Of a DNA stretch of 64,000 nt, positions 47,769 through 56,962 are shown piece by piece; the first letter of the stretch is position 1, and each line of letters opens with the position of its first letter. The notes beneath the pieces are model-generated. The model did not search any database and was not told where the DNA came from. It was given only the letters and a program-made list of their open reading frames with translations. The DNA comes from Gemmatimonadaceae bacterium (GTDB lineage Bacteria; Gemmatimonadota; Gemmatimonadetes; Gemmatimonadales; Gemmatimonadaceae): positions 544,001 to 608,000 of the forward strand of contig JBHYGA010000005.1 in assembly GCA_051859245.1 (NCBI GenBank), given 5' to 3'. Both the position numbers and the translations under genes were made by a program.

Positions 47769-49363
47769 CGATCGATTCGATCAGGCCGGATACGTCAACA
47801 CGCTTTGACGCGCTTGCGATGACCGTGTTCGCACAATCGGTGGCGATGATCGCTGAGGAGATGGGAGTGCGACTGGAGCGCGCGGCAATTTCCCCGAACG
47901 TGCGGGAGCGTCGCGATGCGTCATGCGCCGTGTTTGATGCCGACGGACGTATGGTCGCGCAGGCCGCGCACATTCCCGTGCACCTCGGTGCAATGCCGGA
48001 GAGCGTGGCCGCCGTTCGTGCACGATGCCCCAAGCCGGGCGATGTGTTTGTGCTCAATGATCCAGCGCACGGCGGTTCACACCTGCCCGATATCACGATG
48101 GTTGAAGTGGTGGGTCACCCCACGCAACGCGATCGGGTGATTGGTTTCATGGCCGTGCGTGCGCACCACGCAGACGTTGGTGGCATGAGCCCGGGCAGTA
48201 TGCCGTTTGGCGCGACCGAGCTGGTGCAGGAAGGATTGATCATTCCACCGGTACGTTTTGAAGCCGCCGGTGTGGTGCAAGACGACATTCTGGCACTGTT
48301 GCTCGCCAATGTGCGTACGCCGCAGGAACGACTTGGCGATTTGCGCGCCCAGCGATCGGCGTGTGCGGTTGGCACCCAGAGTTGGCAACGCTTGTACACC
48401 ACGCACGGTGATACCTGGTGTGAGGACGCGGTCAACGCGTTGCTTGACTACACCGAACGCACCACACGGGCTTCATTGCGCGTGCTCAATGGTGTGAGTG
48501 GCACGTGCGCCGATGCGCTCGAAGGCGACGGCGTTTCCGACAACGCAATCGCTGTGGTTGCAACGGTGTCGGTGCGCGACGATACGCTGTGCGTGGACCT
48601 GACGGGCTCAAGTGGCGCGGTGGCCGGCAACGTGAACGCGCCGTCGGCGGTGGCCCGTGCGGCCGCCCTGTTCGTGCTTCGTGTGTTGCTTGACAGTGAT
48701 GATGTGCCCGTGAATGATGGGCTCGCGCGCGCACTGCACCTCACGATTCCCGATAATTGCGTGGCCAACGCCAAACGGCCGAGTGCCGTGGCGGCCGGTA
48801 ATGTGGAGCTGTCGCAGCGACTGACCGACGCCATGTTGCAAGCGCTCGGCGACGGCGTGCGCGCGCGAGGCGTCAGCGCTGATGCACTTCCCGCGCAGGG
48901 CCAGGGCACGATGAACAATGTGACACTGGGCGGGCGCGGCTGGACGTTCTACGAAACACTCGGCGGCGGGCAGGGCGCGAGTGCCCGCGCCGCAGGGCCG
49001 TCGGCGGTGCACGTAGGCATGAGCAATACGCGCAACACGCCCGTGGAGAGCCTCGAATGGGCGTATCCCATGCGCGTCGCGGAGTACGCGCGTCGTTGGA
49101 ACAGCGGCGGCGCCGGCGCGCACGTTGGTGGCGACGGCGTGCACCGCGTGTACGTTCCGTTAGAGCCTGTGGTGGCCACACTGCTTACCGAGCGACGCAT
49201 CTTCGCACCGCACGGCGTGTTGGGTGGTGAAGACGGACGTGTGGGAGAAAATGTTTGTGGTGATCGCGCCGTATCGGCCAAGGGGCGCTGGACACTGGCC
49301 GCCGGTGAACCGCTCAGCATTCAAACGCCGGGCGGCGGTGGCTACGGTAGCGCGTCGGATTAG
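47765..49363 (+). CDS. Hydantoinase B / 5-oxoprolinase subunit
   Basis: [61 protein letters not shown]. Confidence 0.92.
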   Translation: MTIDSIRPDTSTRFDALAMTVFAQSVAMIAEEMGVRLERAAISPNVRERRDASCAVFDADGRMVAQAAHIPVHLGAMPESVAAVRARCPKPGDVFVLNDPAHGGSHLPDITMVEVVGHPTQRDRVIGFMAVRAHHADVGGMSPGSMPFGATELVQEGLIIPPVRFEAAGVVQDDILALLLANVRTPQERLGDLRAQRSACAVGTQSWQRLYTTHGDTWCEDAVNALLDYTERTTRASLRVLNGVSGTCADALEGDGVSDNAIAVVATVSVRDDTLCVDLTGSSGAVAGNVNAPSAVARAAALFVLRVLLDSDDVPVNDGLARALHLTIPDNCVANAKRPSAVAAGNVELSQRLTDAMLQALGDGVRARGVSADALPAQGQGTMNNVTLGGRGWTFYETLGGGQGASARAAGPSAVHVGMSNTRNTPVESLEWAYPMRVAEYARRWNSGGAGAHVGGDGVHRVYVPLEPVVATLLTERRIFAPHGVLGGEDGRVGENVCGDRAVSAKGRWTLAAGEPLSIQTPGGGGYGSASD

Positions 49364-49686
49364 GTGATGTCGTCGTCGTCGCTCGCGCGCCAGGCGTCGC
49401 TTGGACGCAAGCTGGCGCGCCATGGTTCGTCGGCGGTTTCACTCTCATCGTCCGGCGGACCGTGACGGTGGTCCCACGCCGCGGCGGCGAGGGCAACGTC
49501 ATCGTCCAGCGTGCGAACGGTTTCCGGCGCCTTGGTCCAGCGAGAGAGCGCGCGCCAGGCGAAGAACGCAAAAACGGCCAGCCCCAGCAGGGGCAACGGA
49601 TGTCGAACGCCAGGCAGCGTGATCAGCAGTGCGAGCAGCAGCAATAATCCGAACAACGGAGCACGCGTGCGAAAGAATCGAAGCAT
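49360..49686 (-). CDS. Small hypothetical membrane protein
   Basis: Two TM helices followed by an acidic tail. Confidence 0.55.
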   Translation of the reverse strand: MLRFFRTRAPLFGLLLLLALLITLPGVRHPLPLLGLAVFAFFAWRALSRWTKAPETVRTLDDDVALAAAAWDHRHGPPDDESETADEPWRASLRPSDAWRASDDDDIT

Positions 49687-49740
49687 GACCCGCAAGGTAC
49701 ACAACACGGAGCAGCTCTTCCACAGCCAAGGTGACGCTCG

Positions 49741-50718
49741 GTGTTGATCACCGGGCTGCTTCTGGTGCTTGGCCTGGCGTGCCTCGTGTTCGGTGCCGAC
49801 TGGTTCGTGAAAGGGGCTGCCGGACTGGCGGACGCAATGGGCGTGTCGCCACTCGTGATCGGATTGACGGTGGTGGCGTATGGCACATCCATGCCCGAGC
49901 TCGTCGTGAGTGCAGTGGCCGCGCTCGATGGCAGTAGTGCGATCGCACTCGGCAACGTGGTGGGTTCGAACATCGCGAATATCGGCCTGATTCTTGGCAT
50001 CACGGCACTGATTGCTCCGCCCAAGGTGGACGGCGGGCTCATCAAACGAGAGATCCCGATCCTGCTCGTGTCGGCGGCGCTTGTCCCACTGGCGCTGCGC
50101 AATGGCGTGTTGTCACGAGTCGAAGCGATCGTCCTGATTATCGGCGCGGTCGCGTTCACCATTGCCACCGTTCGCTACTCCAAAACGGCGCCGGCTGGCG
50201 ACCAGCTGGTCAGCGAGACCATCTCCGAAACCGTGGCCGAAATTGCTGAAGCCAAGGCCACGTCGTCCACGCTTCGTCTCGTGCTGATTGGACTGGCCGG
50301 GCTTGCGCTGCTGTTGCAGGGCGGACGTTGGTTCGTTGGTGCCGCCGTGACAATTGCCGAAGCGGCGGGTATAAGCGAGCGCATCATCGGACTCACCGTT
50401 GTTGCCGTGGGCACATCGCTGCCTGAACTGGCCGCGTCGGTGGTCGCCGCGGTGCGCGGTCATTCTGCGATGGCCGTGGGCAATGTGATCGGCTCGAATA
50501 TCTTTAATGTGTTCTTTGTGCTTGGTGTCGCCGGCGTACTGTCGCCGATCGCGGGTGATCTCACGGAACTCCGCGTTGACCTTGCATTGATGGTGGGATT
50601 CAGCGTGCTCGCGGCCGTGATGCTGCGCGGGGAACGCGTGATTTCTCGAATTGAAGGTGCGGTGATGCTCACCGGCTACATTGCCGCAATGCTCTGGCTG
50701 AGCGGCGCCAACGTGTGA
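49741..50718 (+). CDS. Ca2+/Na+ antiporter (YrbG/CaCA family)
   Basis: Duplicated alpha repeats GTSMPE...GNVVGSN and GTSLPE...GNVIGSN. Confidence 0.92.
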   Translation: MLITGLLLVLGLACLVFGADWFVKGAAGLADAMGVSPLVIGLTVVAYGTSMPELVVSAVAALDGSSAIALGNVVGSNIANIGLILGITALIAPPKVDGGLIKREIPILLVSAALVPLALRNGVLSRVEAIVLIIGAVAFTIATVRYSKTAPAGDQLVSETISETVAEIAEAKATSSTLRLVLIGLAGLALLLQGGRWFVGAAVTIAEAAGISERIIGLTVVAVGTSLPELAASVVAAVRGHSAMAVGNVIGSNIFNVFFVLGVAGVLSPIAGDLTELRVDLALMVGFSVLAAVMLRGERVISRIEGAVMLTGYIAAMLWLSGANV

Positions 50719-50802
50719 ACACCGTGGCTCCGTGTGCCCGGGCGTCGTTCGGCCCGCGACACGTGACTCGCTGTGAACTCTTTGCCATAAGGAATGATCA
50801 GT

Positions 50803-51273
50803 ATGCACATCAATATCGGAATCCCTGACGCAGACCGAAAGACAATCGCTGAAGGCCTGTCACATCTGCTCGCGGACACGTACAGCTTATATCTCAAGAC
50901 GCACAACTTTCACTGGAACGTGACTGGTCCGATGTTTCAGACCCTGCACGTGATGTTTGAAACGCAGTACGACGAACTGGCAATTGCGGTTGATCTCATC
51001 GCCGAGCGTATTCGCGCGCTCGGACATCCCGCGCCGGGTTCGTACACCGAGTTCCAGAAGCTGAGTGCGGTGAAGGAATCCGTTGGTGTGCACACCGCCA
51101 CGCAAATGATCGCCGAACTCGTGGAGGGCCAGGAGACGGTCGTTCGCACCGCGCGTTCATTGTATCCCGCCGTGGAAAAGGCGAGCGACGAAGCAACAGC
51201 CGACTTGCTCACGCAGCGCATTCAGCTGCACGAGAAAACGGCGTGGATGCTGCGCAGCCTGCTCGAATCCTGA
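50803..51273 (+). CDS. dps: DNA starvation/stationary phase protection protein
   Basis: KTHNFHWNVTGP, LHVMFE, DLIAERIRALG, HEKTAWML. Confidence 0.95.
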   Translation: MHINIGIPDADRKTIAEGLSHLLADTYSLYLKTHNFHWNVTGPMFQTLHVMFETQYDELAIAVDLIAERIRALGHPAPGSYTEFQKLSAVKESVGVHTATQMIAELVEGQETVVRTARSLYPAVEKASDEATADLLTQRIQLHEKTAWMLRSLLES

Positions 51274-51296
51274 GTCACTCAGCGGTTCGGTATCCG

Positions 51297-51899
51297 GTGC
51301 CGGCGTCCCGGCACCGGAGTGAGCTCGTTATTGACCGTAGCGTGTTTCGCTGCACCATTGCGCGCGCGAAAACAGTGAGTGACGCGCAAGCATTCGTGCG
51401 CGAAATGCAACAGGAGTATGCAGACGCAACGCACAACTGCTGGGCCTACGTGATTGGTGCGCCCGGCAGCACATCGCACATTGGATTAAGCGATGACGGA
51501 GAGCCGCACGGCACCGCTGGTCGCCCCATGCTCACCGTGCTGTTGCACTCCGGCATCGGTGAAATTGCCGCGGTGGTCACGCGCTGGTACGGCGGCACAA
51601 AGCTCGGCACCGGTGGACTCGCACGTGCGTACGGCGGCGCGGTGCAGCAAACGCTGGCGGAACTGGCAACCGTGCAGCGCGTCGACACCATCGAGGTGCA
51701 CGTCACGGTGGAGTATGGCGCCGTCACACCTGTTCGTCAGCTGCTGGCGTCACTCGCGGAGGAGATCTGCGATGAGCAGTACGCGGAACAGGTCACGTAT
51801 CACATCAAACTCGCGCGCGATTGTGAAGCGCAACTTCGCGCACAGCTTGCGGACCTGACGCGCGGTCAGGCCATCGTGCACGTGTCACACCGTGAGTGA
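51297..51899 (+). CDS. yigZ: YigZ/IMPACT-family protein (start uncertain)
   Basis: ATHNCWAY, SDDGEPHGTAG, VVTRWYGGTKLGTGGLARAY. Confidence 0.88.
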   Translation: MPASRHRSELVIDRSVFRCTIARAKTVSDAQAFVREMQQEYADATHNCWAYVIGAPGSTSHIGLSDDGEPHGTAGRPMLTVLLHSGIGEIAAVVTRWYGGTKLGTGGLARAYGGAVQQTLAELATVQRVDTIEVHVTVEYGAVTPVRQLLASLAEEICDEQYAEQVTYHIKLARDCEAQLRAQLADLTRGQAIVHVSHRE

Positions 51900-52799
51900 A
51901 AGCCCTTCCCAGGCCGCGATCACACGCAGTGAGCTACCAGACACCGTGACCAGCTGACGACATTCCTGCACCACCGTGTCTACCTGATCATCGGTGCGAT
52001 CCGGATGATGGTGGAAGAGCACCAGCATGCCCGCCACACATTCCATGGCAAAGCGTGTTGCTTCCAGCGCTGAGGAATGCCCCCATCCGCGGTGCGCGGT
52101 GAGCTCCGTGTCGCTGTACGTGGCGTCGTGCAACAGAATCGGCACGCCGTGTAGTGCGAGCGTAAGCCCGCGGCGCCACGCAATTACATCCGGGTCTGTG
52201 CTGGCGTAGTCGAGCTCGTTGTCAGGCGCGAAGGCAATGCCGGGCGTTTTCCCGTCGTCGAGACGAAAGATCGCCGCGCCGCCTGGATGTCGTGCCGGGA
52301 ACCGGTGTACGGTGCAACGCGATCCAACTTCCGCCGGTGCGCCATTTTGAAACGACTCGATCGACACGCGATCGGTCACTTCGGACAGCGGCGGAAAGAG
52401 CGGGGGTGACATTAAGGTGTGCAGCAGCGCGCGTGTTTGCGCTTCACTGGCGTCGCCGCTCATGATCCGCAGTGGTGCGCTCGCGTCGAATAACGGCGCG
52501 AAATGCGGCAACCCCATCACGTGATCGCTGTGCTGATGCGTCAGGAACAGGTGAGCCGGCGCGGTGCGCGGCGAAGCGTCGGTCGGCACCGTGAGATGCA
52601 AACCAAGTCCGCGCAATCCAGTGCCGGCATCAAGAATGATGAGTGCATCATCGCGCGTACGCACTTCTACGCACGTGGTGTTGCCGCCATACCGCACGGT
52701 TTTCGGGCCAGGACTCGGCAGCGTTCCGCGCGCTCCCCAACAACGCAGCCGAAAACGTACACCTCGCTCGTCATCACGTCCGGCAGGCGGCACCGTCAT
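51885..52799 (-). CDS. MBL-fold metallohydrolase (possible cyclic-nucleotide phosphodiesterase)
   Basis: WGARGTLP, YGGNTTC, LDAGTG, THQHSDH, HPG, WGHS, LFHHHP. Confidence 0.85.
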   Translation of the reverse strand: MTVPPAGRDDERGVRFRLRCWGARGTLPSPGPKTVRYGGNTTCVEVRTRDDALIILDAGTGLRGLGLHLTVPTDASPRTAPAHLFLTHQHSDHVMGLPHFAPLFDASAPLRIMSGDASEAQTRALLHTLMSPPLFPPLSEVTDRVSIESFQNGAPAEVGSRCTVHRFPARHPGGAAIFRLDDGKTPGIAFAPDNELDYASTDPDVIAWRRGLTLALHGVPILLHDATYSDTELTAHRGWGHSSALEATRFAMECVAGMLVLFHHHPDRTDDQVDTVVQECRQLVTVSGSSLRVIAAWEGLSLTV

Positions 52800-52809
52800 G
52801 CGTGGCGGA

Positions 52810-53499
52810 TTAGAGCGCGGGACGCGCGCGCGCTTCGAGCGCCACGCGATCAACGATCGTCACCTGACGGCGAGCAACCGCGATCCATCCCTTTTCCTGG
52901 AACTCCGACATCGCGCGTGAAACGGTCTCGCGACTGGCACCGATCATCTGCGACATGACCTGATGCGTCATGGGCTTGATCAACGTGGCCGGCTGACCTG
53001 GCGTGGCATTCTCGAGCAACACGCGCGCCACGCGACCCGGCACATCAAGCAGCACCAACGAGCCGATGGTGCCGTCCGCCTGACGCAGTCGACGCGACAA
53101 TTCCATCAGCAACGCCCAGCCAACCTGTGGCTGCTGTTCCACCTGTCGGCGGAAATCGGCGCGTCGCAGCACGAGCAAACTGGACGTGCTCGTGGCGATC
53201 ACGTGCGCCGAGCGCGGACGTCCGTCAATCAGCGACAACTCGCCAAAGTGATCACCAACACCCAGCACGCCAAGAATCACCTCGCGACCGTCTTCGGCCA
53301 CGAGCACCACTTTCACTTCACCCGTGCGCACGACATACAGCGCATCACCGGGATCTCCTTCACTGACAATCACCGTGCCTTTGCCGTACTTGTGCTCGCG
53401 CGTGATGTCCGCAAAGGAACGAAGCGCGACACGATCCAATTCACGAAAGAGCGGTACGGTACCGAGGAAATCCGCGATGCGATCGAGAGAAACGCTCAT
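52810..53499 (-). CDS. Crp/Fnr-family transcriptional regulator (CRP-like; alternative start 53553)
   Basis: cNMP cassette FGELSLIDGRPRSA; recognition helix GASRETVSR. Confidence 0.92.
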   Translation of the reverse strand: MSVSLDRIADFLGTVPLFRELDRVALRSFADITREHKYGKGTVIVSEGDPGDALYVVRTGEVKVVLVAEDGREVILGVLGVGDHFGELSLIDGRPRSAHVIATSTSSLLVLRRADFRRQVEQQPQVGWALLMELSRRLRQADGTIGSLVLLDVPGRVARVLLENATPGQPATLIKPMTHQVMSQMIGASRETVSRAMSEFQEKGWIAVARRQVTIVDRVALEARARPAL

Positions 53500-53753
53500 G
53501 GAAGGCGCAGCGAAGCGAAGGGGGACGTGACCGGAGGACAGTGGGTATGACATGGCAACCTCCTGACGATGCCACGCGGGCCGCGTCTGGGCAATGAGGA
53601 CCGGACTGAGAATGGGTCGGGAAGCCGCGACCAGGGCACTCGGTCAGACTCCCGGCGCGGTCCGTGGAACGCGATGGGCGCCATCACTAGCTTTCCGACT
53701 TGGGGCACGTGACCAGAGACACCGGAACGTACCCGCGTATGTCCATTTGTCGC

Positions 53754-53778
53754 CGTGACTCGGGTCACAGTGACCCGA
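53754..53778. promoter_or_regulatory. CRP-like box (53754-53769) overlapping a 19-bp palindrome (53760-53778) in the divergent crp/prfA intergenic region
   Basis: CGTGA-ctcggg-TCACA (9/10) and TCGGGTCAC-A-GTGACCCGA. Confidence 0.5.
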
Positions 53779-53806
53779 ACGCACACCGTTGGCTTCAGCA
53801 GGATTT

Positions 53807-54886
53807 GTGACTATACACCTGTCCGCTCTCCGCGATCGCCTGAATGACGCATTGACTCGCGCCACCGAGGTGGAGTCGCAACTCGCCGATCCGGCCGTCA
53901 CGGGCAATGCGACGCGATTTGCCGCGCTCGGACGTGAGCACCGTCGGCTCGCGGCGGTGGTGGAGCACGCGGCTCGCCTCGATCGCGTAGCGCATGAACT
54001 CGAGGGCTCGCGGGAACTGGCCGAGAGTGACGACGCCGAGTTCGCCAACGAAGCGCGCGCCGACGTGGAGCGACTCGAAGCCGAGCAGGAAGCGCTGGAG
54101 AAATCGCTGCTGCCGTTGCTGATCCCTCGTGATCCCCTCGACGACCGGCCCGCGATTGTCGAAATTCGTGCGGGAACAGGCGGTGATGAAGCCGCCCTCT
54201 TTGCCGCCGATTTGCATCGCATGTACTCGCGCTACATCGAACGACGCGGTTGGCGCATGGAACTCATGAGCTGGTCCGATGGCACGCTGGGCGGTGTGAA
54301 AGAAGCCGTCTTCAAGGTGCTTGGTGATGGTGCGTTCGGTGTGCTGCGATGGGAGTCAGGCGTTCACCGTGTGCAACGCGTTCCGGCCACCGAGAATCAG
54401 GGACGCATTCACACGTCGGCCGCCACCGTCGCGGTGCTGCCGGAGGCGGAAGAAGTCGACGTGCGCATTGAAGACAAAGACCTGCGCATTGATGTCTTTC
54501 GCTCGTCAGGTCCCGGTGGACAGAGCGTCAATACCACCGACTCGGCCGTGCGCATTACGCACATTCCCACGGGCATCGTGGTCAGTCAGCAGGATCAGAA
54601 ATCGCAGTTGCAAAACAAGATGAAAGCGATGGAAGTGCTGCGCTCACGTCTGCTCGATCTGCGCTTGTCAGAACTCGAAGCCGAACGTTCACGCATGCGC
54701 AAATCACAGGTGAGCACGGGTGATCGTTCGGCCAAAATTCGCACGTATAATTTTCCGCAGGGTCGCGTGACGGATCATCGCATTGGTCTCACGCTGTACG
54801 ACATTGATCGTGTAATGGAGGGTGATCTGGCGCCGTTTGTCGACGCGCTGGCACTCGCCGACGCCGAGGAACGCTTGCGCGCGTGA
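53807..54886 (+). CDS. prfA: Peptide chain release factor 1
   Basis: [14 protein letters not shown] anticodon mimic in [25 protein letters not shown]; start may be 53789. Confidence 0.96.
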   Translation: MTIHLSALRDRLNDALTRATEVESQLADPAVTGNATRFAALGREHRRLAAVVEHAARLDRVAHELEGSRELAESDDAEFANEARADVERLEAEQEALEKSLLPLLIPRDPLDDRPAIVEIRAGTGGDEAALFAADLHRMYSRYIERRGWRMELMSWSDGTLGGVKEAVFKVLGDGAFGVLRWESGVHRVQRVPATENQGRIHTSAATVAVLPEAEEVDVRIEDKDLRIDVFRSSGPGGQSVNTTDSAVRITHIPTGIVVSQQDQKSQLQNKMKAMEVLRSRLLDLRLSELEAERSRMRKSQVSTGDRSAKIRTYNFPQGRVTDHRIGLTLYDIDRVMEGDLAPFVDALALADAEERLRA

Positions 54887-55800
54887 TGCGGACGCTCGCT
54901 GAACTGCTGGAGTCCACGGCGCACACATTGCGCGCCTTGGATCACGTACTTGATGACAACATGCGCACCGACCTCGCGCGCGCACGCGCAAAGGCGCGTG
55001 AGTTGTTCGCCGTGGTGCAACAACGGTCGGTGTCGGCCGTCGCGTTGGCCGCGTATCAGCAAGAGCATGTGAGCGAGGAGACAGAAACGCGCGTGCGAGA
55101 AATCGTGGCGCGTTTGCAAACGGGGATGCCGTTCGCGTATGCGACGGGATTGGCAGCGTTTCGGCATCTCGAGCTGGCCGTTGATCCGCGTGTGCTCATA
55201 CCGCGTCCGGAAACAGAACTGCTGTTGGACCACGTGTTGTCCCTCCGCGCTGGCGTGTCTGGTGGGCTGGTGGCGGACATTGGCACCGGCAGCGGGGCGA
55301 TCGCACTGTCGCTGGCGCAGGAGGCCAGCTTCGCGCGTGTGATCGCGACTGACATTTCTCACGACGCACTCACCGTGGCGCGCGAGAATGCCGAGCGCGT
55401 GGCCGCGCAGTTGCGCACGCCGGTGGAGTTTCGACTCGGCGCGGATTTGGCGCCTCTCGAGGGTATGACGTTGGCGATGCTGGTCTCGAACCCGCCGTAT
55501 ATCGCGCCGCAGGAATCGGCGGCGCTGCCAGCGGCGGTACGCGACTGGGAGCCCGCGCTGGCGCTCTACGCCGACGAAGGCGGCATGGCGCGGTATCGGG
55601 CCTTGCTGGAGGGTGCCCCCGAGGTACTTGAGGACGGCGGCTGGATCGTGCTCGAGCTCGACAGCACGCGGGCGGAGCAAACGGCCCAGCTCGCCGCTCA
55701 GACGGGCGCGTACACGGGTATTTCGGTGTACAACGACCTCACGGGTCGTCCCAGAATTCTGGTGGCGCAGCGGCGACGCGGCAAACCGAACGCGCTGTAA
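54883..55800 (+). CDS. prmC: Release factor glutamine methyltransferase
   Basis: [24 protein letters not shown]; follows prfA. Confidence 0.93.
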   Translation: MMRTLAELLESTAHTLRALDHVLDDNMRTDLARARAKARELFAVVQQRSVSAVALAAYQQEHVSEETETRVREIVARLQTGMPFAYATGLAAFRHLELAVDPRVLIPRPETELLLDHVLSLRAGVSGGLVADIGTGSGAIALSLAQEASFARVIATDISHDALTVARENAERVAAQLRTPVEFRLGADLAPLEGMTLAMLVSNPPYIAPQESAALPAAVRDWEPALALYADEGGMARYRALLEGAPEVLEDGGWIVLELDSTRAEQTAQLAAQTGAYTGISVYNDLTGRPRILVAQRRRGKPNAL

Positions 55801-55888
55801 TTCACTATGTTTCGTGAATTGGACGACGCATCATCGGTCCTGCGCCGAACACGCGTCGTCCGCTCACTTGTACCTGGAGTCGTTTGAC

Positions 55889-56242
55889 ATGCTCGAGGAA
55901 AAGGCACGCGATGTGGGTCGGCTGATCGGCCAGAGCGATGAGTACAAAGCGGTCAAGCGCTCAAGCGAAGCGCTCTCGGCGGACAGCGAAGCGAGCACCA
56001 TGCTGCGTCGCATGGAAGCGATCCGACAGGAAGCGCAGCAGATGATCGATCGGGGCGAGCAGCCTGGCGAGTCGATGGAGCAGGAGCTCGACGGTCTGCT
56101 CGAGCGCGTGCAGGTGAATCCGGCGTATCAGCGGGCGGTCGTGGCGCAGGACAACTTCGACAAGCTCATGCTGCGCGTGAACCAGTGGATTGCCGATGGC
56201 ATCAAGGTGGGTGCGACGTCGTCGATTATTACGCTGGGCTGA
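55889..56242 (+). CDS. YlbF/YmcA-like helical protein
   Basis: 117 aa, KARDVGRLIGQSDEY...NPAYQRAVVAQDNFDKLMLRVNQWI pattern. Confidence 0.65.
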   Translation: MLEEKARDVGRLIGQSDEYKAVKRSSEALSADSEASTMLRRMEAIRQEAQQMIDRGEQPGESMEQELDGLLERVQVNPAYQRAVVAQDNFDKLMLRVNQWIADGIKVGATSSIITLG

Positions 56243-56247
56243 ATCGC

Positions 56248-56922
56248 GTGTCGTCTCGCGGGCTTCTGCTGGTACTCGAAGGTGGGGAAGGGGTGGGCAA
56301 AACCACCCAATGGCAGCGGCTCGCGGATCGACTCACGCAGGCAGGACAGGATGTGCGCGCACTGCGTGAACCCGGCGGCACGCCGGCTGGTGACGTGATC
56401 CGGGAATTGCTGCTGAACCCGCGTCACTCGCTCACACCAACCGCGGAAGCACTGCTCTTCGCCGCGTCGCGCGCCGAGTTGGTCGAGCGTGAGCTCACGC
56501 CAGCGCTCGAAAGTGGGGCGGTGGTATTGCTCGACCGGTACCTGTTGTCGACGTACGTGTATCAGGGGATCGCACGGGGACTGCGCATGGACGGGCTGCG
56601 CAGTATCAACGCCTTCGCGACCGGCCATCTGATTCCCGACCTCACGCTCCTGCTTGCGCTGCCGCTCAACGAGGCGATGGCGCGAACGCAGGCGCGCGGC
56701 GCGCCGGACCGGCTGGAGCAGGAAGCACGTACATTCCACGAGCGGGTGCAGACCGGATTTCAGTTGGCCACGGGTAATGCGTGGCAGGCTGAGTATCCGG
56801 AGTGTGGTCCGATTGTGAGCGTGAGTGCACACGGGACACCAGACGAAGTGTCTGAACGTTGTATGCAGGTGCTCGGTGCGCGCTGGCCCGATCGGTTTGG
56901 CGCGACCGTCGTGCTCCGCTAG
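56248..56922 (+). CDS. tmk: Thymidylate kinase
   Basis: EGGEGVGKTTQ, REPGGT, LFAASRA, DRY, YQG, PDLT, DRLE. Confidence 0.94.
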   Translation: MSSRGLLLVLEGGEGVGKTTQWQRLADRLTQAGQDVRALREPGGTPAGDVIRELLLNPRHSLTPTAEALLFAASRAELVERELTPALESGAVVLLDRYLLSTYVYQGIARGLRMDGLRSINAFATGHLIPDLTLLLALPLNEAMARTQARGAPDRLEQEARTFHERVQTGFQLATGNAWQAEYPECGPIVSVSAHGTPDEVSERCMQVLGARWPDRFGATVVLR

Positions 56923-56962
56923 TGCCGTTCGCCGTTCTCCTTTTCTTCCGCAACTGAATCGA

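Noticed and set aside
53807..54886. Programmed frameshift in the release factor gene
   Set aside because: It is RF1 (PAT motif) with a continuous frame; the frameshift is a prfB feature
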